Shown here: positions 24,748 to 35,100 of the stretch, piece after piece | Layout: each line of letters starts with the position of its first letter | Numbering within the stretch: the first letter of the stretch is position 1 | NCBI GenBank assembly: GCA_964188305.1 | Contig: OZ076888.1 | DNA: 64,000 nucleotides | Source of the DNA: Podarcis bocagei | Lineage: Eukaryota | Direction: 5' to 3' (one strand) | Notes under the pieces: model-generated | The model's input: the letters and a program-made list of their open reading frames with translations, nothing else | What the model was told of the DNA's origin: nothing | Databases searched by the model: none | Program-made: the position numbers and the translations under genes

Positions 24748-24950
24748 CAGTTTGCTAGGAAGCTGGAAAGCAGAAGATCTTTGGCGAGCGTAGCTGCCCT
24801 CCCATTGCTAATAGTAACGAGGGGTCGTCCTTCCCTCCTCCCCTTGTTCGTGCTGCAAGCTCCTAAGAGGAACTGAAAGCTGACACATCAACAAAGATGG
24901 CTGCCGCAGACACCAGAGTGGTTTCAGCTGAGAGAGGAGGAGCGGAGGCG
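24748..24950 (-). other. CCDC186: Candidate non-coding first exon of CCDC186
   Basis: Lies in the CpG island; strong minus-strand donor CTG|gtaagag at 24748/24747; YY1-like AAGATGGCTGCC at 24894-24905; GC box near 24944-24957. The 5' end is approximate. Confidence 0.5.
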
Positions 24951-25849
24951 GGGCGAGACTTGGTTTATCCGCCTGCAAGGAGGAGGAGAGAGAGAGAGAG
25001 GGGAGGAAAGAGGGCTCCGGCTCGCGCACCTCGCCTCGCGTTGCCAAACAGCTTGAGTCACCAGAAAGCTCTGCAGCCTTTATCATCATCTGCCACGGGC
25101 GTGCCATTGACAAGAGCAATAGGGAACCGGGAGGAGGATGGCTCTCCCTGGTACCTGGCTGGGTGCGTCGGTTCAGGTTACCCCCCGCACGGGGTTCAGG
25201 GGATTAGAGCTGCCGTTTACTGAGTCAGACTGCAAAAACTTTCACAGCCCCACCGCCAGAACCGATTGACTGTTAAATTGAAAAACGATTTTATAGTATA
25301 AAAAAGGAGGAGGAGGAGGAGGAAGTAGTGTAGCACTGGAGCCTAGTACTGTACAAAATCACTGTCATTAATATTCCCCTCGGGTGCGCGCAGTTTTCGA
25401 CGTGCAAAAAGGCGGTCCATAGAACCACCAGGATTGTTAAATAGTGGGTAGGATGGCCCCTTTGGAAACCTAAATGATGCAGAAAACAGCAGATCCAAGA
25501 GATAAAATGCTTTAGAACTTCCAATATGACGCTTTTTTAATTAGCCGCTTCGCACCCAGAACAGGCGACCGGATTTTGTAGGTTTGGAAAGCTGCAAAAG
25601 ATGTGGCGCGGGCATGCGTGCCTCTGCAAAGCAGAAACGGCGCGAACTGCCTTTCGTTTTAGCTTCCTTGCAGCCCCCACTTCTGGCTTCTCTCTCTCTC
25701 CCCCCCCCCACCCCGCCCCGCAAGTCCTTCCCGCTCAGGTTAACCAGAGCGCGTTGTCGCCCGCGAGGCAAGCGCATGCGCCCTTGAGATTACGCGGCAG
25801 TTTTCGCGAGGGAGGGGAGTGGTGCGAAGCTAGGCATAAAACTTCGGAG

Positions 25850-26085
25850 TTCGGCGCACGAGGCGCCCGGAGCGGGGAGAGAGAGCCGGGGAGGCGTCGT
25901 CGTCGAGGGCGTTATTTCTTTCCTTTACGTGGCGGCAGCAAGCTGAAGCGCGTTTCTAGGCTTCTGGCGGGGTTTCATCGAGGAGAAGGAGCTGGTTTTA
26001 AAAGACCTCCTCCCTCCTCGCGTCCAGCAGCTGTCCTCGTCTCTCCGTCCCCGGGGGCGCAGGGCTGGGAGTAGGAAGGCCTCAG
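25850..26085 (+). other. TDRD1: Candidate non-coding first exon of TDRD1
   Basis: Lies downstream of the promoter motifs; donor CAG|gtaac at 26085/26086 (alternative GG|gtgagc at 26114/26115). The 5' end is approximate. Confidence 0.45.
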
Positions 26086-26540
26086 GTAACGCCCGCAGAG
26101 GGGGCCCCGCGTGGGTGAGCATCGCTAGGCCCCCTTCAGGGCAGGGCCCGCGGCGGTTTGCTGTTTAATTCGGGGGTGGGGGGGTGGGGAACCTGTAGTT
26201 CTCCAGGTACTTCTGGACTCCCAACTCCTGGGCAGCATTGCCCAGTGGTAGTGCCAGATAAGCTAAACCAGCTATAGCTTAGGGTCCCACTCTGTTGGGG
26301 CCCCCAAGAAAAATTTAAAGGAAAATAACCTGGATGTACTTTTCCAAAATATAAGATAAAAAAACAAATAAAATAAAACCTACATACAGCAACAGTGTTT
26401 GTGTTGTGTAGGCTCCTATGGTGTAATAATGGGTCCATAAATTACCATGTAGCATATATTCAACACAAAAAACAGCAACAATTTGTTGTTGACAAAGGAC
26501 AGCTGGACATGTAAAGGGCCCCATTACCTTCAGTAGCTTA

Positions 26541-26914
26541 AAAGGTAAAGTGGTAAAGGGACCCCTGACAGTTAAGTACAGTGGTACCTCGAGTTAAGAA
26601 CTTAATTGGTTCTGGAGGTCTGTTCTTAACCTGAAACTGTTCTTAACCTGAAGCACCACTTTAGCTAATGGGGCCTCCTGCTGCCGCCTCCAGAGCACAA
26701 TTTCTGTTCTCATCCTGAAGCAAAGTTATTAACCCGAGGTACTATTTCTGGGTTAGTGGGGTCTGTAACCTGAAGCGTATGTAAGCCAAGGTACCACTGT
26801 ACAGCCGCGAACGACTTTGGGGTTGCGGTGCTCATCTTGCTTTACAGTCCGAGGGAGCTGGCGTTTGTCTGCTCCGCAGATAGTTTTTCTGCGTCATGTG
26901 GCCAGTTCCACCCG
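26541..26914 (-). mobile_element. 5'-truncated Sauria SINE interrupted by a MITE
   Basis: Matches the 3' half of 687-1057; TSD CTTCAGTAGCTTA at 26528-26540 and 26915-26927. Confidence 0.88.
26579..26799. mobile_element. Tigger-like MITE nested in the SINE
   Basis: TA|CAGTGGTACCTC...AAGGTACCACTG|TA. Confidence 0.92.
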
Positions 26915-28852
26915 CTTCAGTAGCTTAGGGCCTCATTAAACCCAAATCCGGTTCTGCCTAATGGTCAGGGGAAGCTGGGAGCCCAGACGCGGGGAGAGTG
27001 CCGGGTTCGTTGTCCCTGGTTTTAACCGTGAACCCACATCTGCCTTGCCATTGTCCCCCTCCGTGCGTGGCTTGTGTAGCAGTTGATATTATGCCACAAT
27101 CTTTTTTCACATTTATCTGATTTCACTAAATCCTGGTGAAATCAGGTAGCTTGCTTCTGGGTTAAGGTGCTTTGAGGTGATATTCAAGTTTTACTCAGGG
27201 TAGACCCACTGAAATTAATGGGCCTGACTTAAGGCACACTACCCTTACCTGTCCTTGTGCAAAGAGTGCTGAGTGATCAAAGTTCACTAAGTTCTACGGC
27301 ATGCACAGATTTGACTCACCAGTGTGCACTCTGCACAACGTAAAATGATCAGGTGATATTTGGTTAAGGTTAACTTGGAGTGGGCTCATGGAAGTTAATG
27401 AACATGACCAAGTTAGGTTCATTAATCTCAGTGGTCTACACTGAGTAAAGCTTAGTTACATGCCAGCCAGTTGTTTTAAGACGTGTAGAATGGACATTGG
27501 AGGGCCGTATCTATGCATGCAGTAGAAGAGTGTTGAGGTGATAAATAAGGTTTTCTTTTAAAGGCTTCTGTGCTGTAAAGGAAAAGGGGAGAGAGAGACA
27601 GATTTTCCTGCAGGTAGAAAATAAGAACAGCATGGAAAGGACTCTATTAGCATTGCTCTATTGTAAGTTGCCATTTTTTCTTGCACAGTTTTCTCTTATT
27701 TTAAATAATGAGAAGGGGATTATCCAAAAGCTGCATCAAGTGGGAGGGATTCAAGAACTAAATATTGAAATGAAATTATAGCCCCTGCTATCTTGGGTTT
27801 TAATGCATTTTCCTACTTATGTGCAGACCTAGCCGTATACAAGAGGTGGATCAGTGGGGAGTTAGGAGCACATGTACAGCCCATGTAACAGCCAAGATCT
27901 GCTGATGCAATTGTGTGGGTTGAGAATCCATCCTTTCCAATTAAAGATTAAACTTTTTATTTTTTGTAAAGTTGATTTGCAGTATCCAGTCACATTGTGG
28001 AAGCATCACCTTCTGCATTATTGCTTATCTGCTGATGACTTTTGTACAAACTTTGATGAACTGGATTGGTGCATATAAGCCATTTGACAGCTATGGTGTT
28101 CATTGCCTTCTTCTTATTAGAAAACAACAGGATAACTGGCTTTATATGCAATATACTTTACTGGGAATTGCTGCTAAATGCCACCTCAGATTCTGCTTTC
28201 ACTTGTTTCAGCAAGGACATTAACACAGCAATTCATACCCCTTTTGTTCTGGGCTGGTTGACTTGAACTGAGTTCCCTGTTCCTCCAGCTGGAACACTGG
28301 ATCCCAAACTGGTTCCACTCCTGTCACATGACTGCATTAGGCCTGATCCAGGATTGATATGTGCCCCAGTTCCATACTGGTGCAACAGTTTACCTCCCCA
28401 CCCCTTTTACACCCTTCTGGAATGAGTGGCAGGGCTGCAGTTGCGGCACACTGCTCCATTGAGCCCTGATGCTACCTGACTGAGTTCTGGATTGTACCAA
28501 TAAACATCAACATGTGGCTGTCCCTTGAGGACATGCCCCAAGGCTTCAGGAGTGCCAGCAGTTTTGTTAAATCCCTAATATGATTGTTTGAAGCTAGTGG
28601 GAAGACATTAATGCTAAAACTGATTTTTGTATTTTCTGTAGAACAACTTATTTTATTCCACTTTTATTTTTAATAAAAAAGAATACAGAAAATTGAATGA
28701 AAATTTGCTTAGGACATCTTGGTCTGGAATATTTAAAAATTCAACACATTTTCTTTTAGCTGCTAATTGCTTTTTATTCTTTTCATCTTCCTCGTTGCTA
28801 AACAATAACTTTACAGCTGTCAGGGAATTGTTCTGATACGGATGCGCACAGG

Positions 28853-29120
28853 ATGGCACAAAATCGTTTTATAAGGAATGAAGAACTCAAAATTCAAAAT
28901 GAATCACTGAGAAGTCCCAGCACAGGTCCCAACTTCAAAAGCTCTTTACCTGAAGAAGATAAAACTTCAAAATTTCTCAACAATTTCTCGATTTGTGAGC
29001 AGGCTAACATGTTTTTTGAAACTCGTAACAGTAATTCAAGTGAAAGCAGTTATGATGGCTGCCATGGTAGCTTTAACAGACAGAGAACCACATCAGAAAT
29101 GAATGGAGGGGAACTGAGAG
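28853..29120 (+). CDS. TDRD1: TDRD1 coding exon 1
   Basis: ATG in strong context AGGATGG; donor GAG|gtagg, phase 1. The N-terminus is poorly conserved, so the start codon is less certain. Confidence 0.7.
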
Positions 29121-32100
29121 GTAGGAAAATACCTCATTTTAAAATAGTTTTAATACCTTTAATCTTTTGTGTTGCTTTTGCAATTTCACTTATAGTACTT
29201 AAATTGTTTTATTGCTTTCTTTTTGAAACCTTTGAAAATGGAAATGGCTAGTTCCAGTTGTGCACTTCCTCAGCTTTAAAATGTGTATTATATAACAAAT
29301 GCTTTTCTTCAATAAACATTTTTGTGCTGTGTTTTTACAGTTTTTGTATCGTATGAGCAGTCTCAGTCATTTTCCACCCACAACCCACCCATCCAGGCTT
29401 CAGTGTTGAAGCTCAGCTGTGCAGAAGGTTAAGTTCTCTTTTATTAGAAAATCAACCATTACTTGTTGATTAACTGCAACAAGTTAGTAAATATTAAAGG
29501 GAGTATGGAGAAGATGGGAAGTTAGATTTATATGTAAGAAGATTTCTTGTCAGAACTTATGAGGTTACTTTTTGTTAATTTTGTAATTTTTGTAACAAAT
29601 GATGTAAACACGTGATTTTGTTTTGTTGGTGTCAAAGCAAAATAAAGGGGGCAGGGAGAAAGAAAATCAACCATTACTATAGATGAAAAATTGGAAGCTT
29701 TGTTATCAAATCACTTCTCTGTAAGTGTTAAGAACAATGAGTAGCTATTACTTAATCTTGGCAGTTGCCTTCTTGAGTTCTGTTTATATATGGGCAGCTT
29801 TAAATTATCTCATTATGAGCTTGCTTAGGAATAGTCTACCAACTTTAGGTGGTGGTTAATATAAATGTTTAATGATTAAGCATTGATTTCATGCTGTGCA
29901 ATATTGTACTTAGTAAGTCCATCTCAATTCAGCGTAACTTACTCCTAATTGTGCATAGCATGCAACTCTAGCTGGTTGTCCAACTGGGTTAATTATTAGA
30001 AATGTATCTCCCTTCTACTACTTCTTGGAAAAACTAGGTCATATCTAAACATTACTATTCTATATTGTAGGGAAATCAGAAGCCATGAATGGCGCCAGTA
30101 CCTTCCTACCATCCTCAGCAAATGAATTAAGTCCTGTGAGTTTGCAAGATTTGAGTCTGAATTTTCTTCTACATGTGTCCATTTGTGGCAATGTTATTTT
30201 CAGCTTCCTTTGTTAACCCTGATAGTACATGTGTTTTCCCTTGTGGATGTGACAATAGAATTTGGTGGGGCCGGTTCCATTTCTGTTATTTATGTGGCAG
30301 TATTTTACTATTTTAAGGCATATAAATGTTGCTCAAACTATTCTACATGTATATTGCAGGTGCATGCTTCAGCCTTGCAACATGCAAAGCAGAGAAGACT
30401 ACAGAGCGCTCCTGACAATACTTTATCCACAGGCTTTGATCAATTACACCGGTCCACATGCCATTTTTGTAGAATGTCTGGTAGGTTTCTGTTATCTCAT
30501 CTGATAGACAGTGCAACCTCTTACCTTGCAAGCTTTTTTTTAAAAAAAATTGAAGTTATGATTTTTTATTATAAATTGGAAAGTGAACTCAAGTGTCAGT
30601 TAAAGCCTGTGTCCTTCATCTACCATAAACTTACTTAGTAATCTTAGACAAGCCATCATTTCTCAACCACAACTGAAACATCTGAACAAAAATTGTGAAT
30701 TATGTATGAATGATTACTAGGCAACTGTGTAGAGTGCTTTGGATACTGTAAGTAAGATTCATGAATGAACTTAATTTGCGTACAAATAAAAATTAACCTA
30801 TGCTTATATTTAATATTTTATCTAAATGCAAGGGTACCTTATCCATGTTGATTAACATCTTACATTTTTCCATGTCAAAGCAGGGGGGAATTGATGTTTT
30901 CAATATTATGCCAATGGATAATAAAGATTTTTAAACCTAGAGGCTTAGTATTACAGAATTCTACTATGTGCGGTTGACTTTAAAGACCATCAACTTAATG
31001 GGAACACAGAAGAAAATCTTGGATACTGAATCAGAAATTGCTGACCACATACTGTAATGTCAACGCTTTGTGTTGCTGTGTTAATCTCTTTAGGATCCTT
31101 GAGATGCACACGGTGTAAGCAGGTCTATTACTGTTCAGTGGAGTGTCAAAGGAAAGACTGGCAAATGCATAGTGTCGTCTGTAAGCTAGTTAAACATAAG
31201 TAAGTTTATACGTTAAATTTATTCTTCCTCTGATAACTGGATTTGTATCTATTTCCCTATAGACATCTGACTGGCTACTAGACAGGCTGGACTTGATGGG
31301 CATTTCGTCTGATCCAGTAGGGCTGCTCTTGTTTATATAGCTCCCATTAGTGCTCATGTTTCAGAAAGAGGAACATATGCATATTTAAGCAGAACTCTGC
31401 TCATATTTTAGATGAATACATAAGTTCCCATTCAGATCATGATGCTCAAGCACTTTGTGTGAATTAGCATGTACAGTCATACCTCGGGTTGAAGTTGCTT
31501 CAGGTTGAGCGCTTTCGGGTTGCACTCCCTGAAGTAACGTAAAGCGTTACTTCCGGGTTTCACCACTCGCGCATGCGCAGACGGTCAAAATGATGTCACG
31601 CGCGGAAGCGGCGACCCACGCAGATGCGGGTTGCATTCGCTTCTGGTTGCGAACAGGGCTCCGGAACGGATCCCATTCGTATCCAGAGGTACCACTGTAC
31701 ATTTAGGGCCACCACGGATTTTATGTGACTAAATACAAGGAACTACAGCATGATCTTGCAACTTAAGCTATCTCACAGGTTTGTTTTGATGATAAAATGG
31801 GAAATAACCCATGTTATTTGCAGCATCTTGAGGTCCTTGGAAGAAAGCCCAGGTCTCAATTCGATATTCTTTAGTTATTTATTTTATTGTTTTTTATTCG
31901 GTTTATACACCACCCTTTATCAAAAGATCCCAGGGCAGTGTACAACATTAAGAACACATTTTATGGAGCATCAATAACAAAAGCATAATAGCAGACAGCA
32001 TAAAAAAATAATCATAATAATAATAAAATGTTCATAATAACAGTACTCACCACCACAGCTTTAACAGGCCATATATTATTTAATGGCTAAAGGCCTGGAT

Positions 32101-35100
32101 AAGGTGAATGTTTTTGTTTGGCACCTAAAGACATGTAATGATGGCACCAGGCAAGCCTCTCTTGGGAGCATTGAACAGTCGGGGAGCCACCACTTAAGAT
32201 ATATACTGCAAAGGGCTATAGAATTACAAGTGAGATCTGCAGCAAAATGTTGGAGTGGTTATGTTTGGGTTTTAGTTACTCCACTCCCTTTTCTCCCCCA
32301 CCCACAGCAGTCCACTTTCCACATATACTCAGTCTTAACTGGACTAGTTTCTAGGGTATTCTCCCGTTTAGGGTCCTCCTCTCTTTTGTACTTCTGCACC
32401 CTGCAGATTTTACCCTGTCTTCTGATACTTTCCTCATATGCATGGCTCTTTTGGCTATGTCAAGAATGGCACTCAGAAAATTGAATTAGGTGTTATAGGA
32501 TGATTGTAATTCTAAGTGATGAAGAGTTTTAGCAAGTATCCTCTAAATTCTGGTTACTGTTGTGTAGTTAGGTATGCTGTATTGCATTTTTGAATATGTG
32601 GTCTATTTATTTCTTTTGGAATTCCAGGTTGTATGTTGTCCTCAAAGAATGGAAGTGAAAATTGCTACTACCATGTTTGAATATAACATTCTTAGAATGA
32701 ATGTTGAGCCATTCTCTTTCCTCACCTTGTATCACACCACCTTCAGCAGTACCATCCTAGTCTGTCTCCCATTATGTCAAAAACAGTGTTAGAAACTAAG
32801 ATATGAAAGCTAGGAGCTAAATGGCACCTTAAACCTAGGTTATGGGCGCAACAATGGAATGTCTAGGCATGCTTTTTAAATAAGAATACAAAGCTGAAAA
32901 TGAAGAAATCTTAAAATATTTCTGAAGTATTATATACATTTTTCACATGGTCTAGTCCTTCCCCTGCCCACCCCCCTAATATTCTTAAGAGGGTCTCTTC
33001 TACAGTCTTCAGAGAGTGGAAGCGGGAAAGCAGAAAGAGGTCCTCCTTTCCTTCTACTCTGCTGTTTTAATCTGAAATCTTAGGCGCAGTATTGCACTCT
33101 GAACTCAGAACTCTTTGCGTTAATGAAATTCCCTGTCGCAAAATGCGCCTAGAACAATGGGAGTTTTGAACACTGGTCACAAATTGAAAACCTAGTTTAC
33201 AAATAGAATCAAACTGTCTTAAGAAGGTTTAATAAACTAGAGTCCCCCACTTTAAGCATAATGAGAAACTGGTTTAAACAGACCAGGATTGAAGCACCAA
33301 GCCAGCATGCAAATGGGGTGAGTGGGAAGTGTACAGTTAAAATGCTCATTCTACCTTAATAAATAGTCAATTCAAGCAGAGATATTAGGACTAATAACGC
33401 CTTCAATGTTTATTGATAAGTAAGTCGTAAAGGGTTTTATAAACTGGCTCTACTTTATGTCTCTTAAGCAACATATAAATGCTTACTTCTTTAAGTGGGT
33501 CAATTTTGAGTGTATTCAGGACTGCTTGACCTTTACAGAACAATTATACTAATGAACAGAATTCATTTTTAGTGCCGATAAAGTTGAAGATAGTGCAAAA
33601 TCTTTGGATGAAATCAAGAAAAAGGTATGACTAGAGTTGTTCACTTGTGTGGTTGTGGAGGGGGCATTATTACCATCTGCAGATGATAGTACTGTGTATC
33701 AAATAGTATATTTTGCTCAGCAGTACAGTGAAATATTGGCATTAGAGAACTTGAAGCTGCTTAAGGGATCTTCTGCCACCCTGCAGTGATAAACTGGAAT
33801 CCAGAGAACCATGATATTGCCTCCACATTGTGCAGTGAGCTTATTTTGGTTCCATTTCCTCTATAGTGCCTCCCCTTGTGTCTAAAAAACCTCTTTCTTA
33901 TAAGGGTTATGGACCTCTGAACAGCATTCAAAGAGGCACAAACAACTCCTTTTGAAATTAAATTTATTTGAAGTTCTGTTAGAAGAAAGCATTTTAAGTG
34001 TGATCACTGGGTTTTGTATCCTAACCAATAACACTCAGTTCAACCTTCATTTGGGAGCTGGTCACTCCTCCACCCATTCTTGTGATACCTTCCCTACTTC
34101 TAGAGAAAATTGGAACAGCCCACATCTTCATCAATATAGCAGTTACTGCACATTGCAAAATGCTGTGGCTACAGTGAATAGGCACTGTGTCCTATGGAAG
34201 TGTGCAGGGAAAGAATTTTAACTACATGACGGCTAGCCAGCTAATGAGTGCCTAATTGCAAGCATTTTCTCTGTTGTCTTTTCTGCTTTAGCTTCAACTC
34301 TCACTGCCTTTTCTCTATTGATACAAATTTTAAACATGATAAATTCCTTCCTTTCCCACTTTATGTAAACTCCTTATTGTTTTCTGAACAGCCTCTCAAT
34401 TTCTTGTCATTTTAAAATGACAGTAAGTATATTCTGCTTTTCTTGCTGAAGCTGTTGCCTCTTTTAACTAGTGAATACTACTACATTTATGGTATCTCAA
34501 AATGCCACTTATTCTGTTCTGTAAAAAGACTGTGTGGGTGACATGACCATCAAGATACGTAATGACTTTAATATTTCTATTATAGTCTTCAAAATTACCC
34601 TTGACTTTGATCCTTCTTACACTGCAGTCCAAACTTCTCTTGCCAGTGGGGTTTCAGTAGCAGTGGGGCCACTCATTGAAAATTTATTTAGGGGAATATA
34701 TCATGGAGAGCTGGTTGATGTAAAGTGGAACTTCCTGAAATTCAGCTGAAGTCTGCCTGACTGGTAGAGCTCAGGAGGGTTGTCCATCTTCTGGAGATTC
34801 ATTGCAAGGGGGGAAGGAGCGAACAGGAATCATTAGTTCCATTAACTTCCTTTCATTAACTTACCACCTTCTTTACATGATTTAAGTATTTTAGATCACT
34901 GAAACAGTTTAATAAATGAGTTGCATATTCTGCTTAGTAAGCAAGCAAAATAATTTGTTTACAATAGGAAAATTTATCTATGAATACCAGCAAAACAGAA
35001 GAGCAGGGCAAGAAAACTATGTATTCTGATCTGACTACACTGGAGTTCAAGAAAAATATGAAAATAGTGGTAAGTTCAGCTTTCAACCCGTTGTTTTGTT

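Larger units (their letters stand above)
24700..26200. promoter_or_regulatory. CpG island / divergent promoter region of CCDC186 (-) and TDRD1 (+)
   Basis: Abrupt rise in GC and CpG content. Motifs: YY1-like (24894-24905), NRF1 palindrome GCGCATGCGC (25772-25781), GGCAGTT (25796-25802), TTTTCGCG (25801-25808), CATAAAA (25835-25841). Outward-facing splice donors on both sides. Confidence 0.85.
26249..26956. mobile_element. Non-autonomous hAT-like element hosting a SINE and a MITE
   Basis: Ends TAGTGCCAGAT / ATCCGGTTCTG; imperfect 8-bp TSD CCCAGTGG (26241-26248) / CCTAATGG (26957-26964). Confidence 0.65.

Noticed and set aside
24897-26074. Arg/Gly/Pro-rich ORFs in the first CpG island (e.g. 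MAAADTR...)
   Set aside because: Expected from GC composition; the ATG is part of a YY1-like motif and there is no recognisable homology
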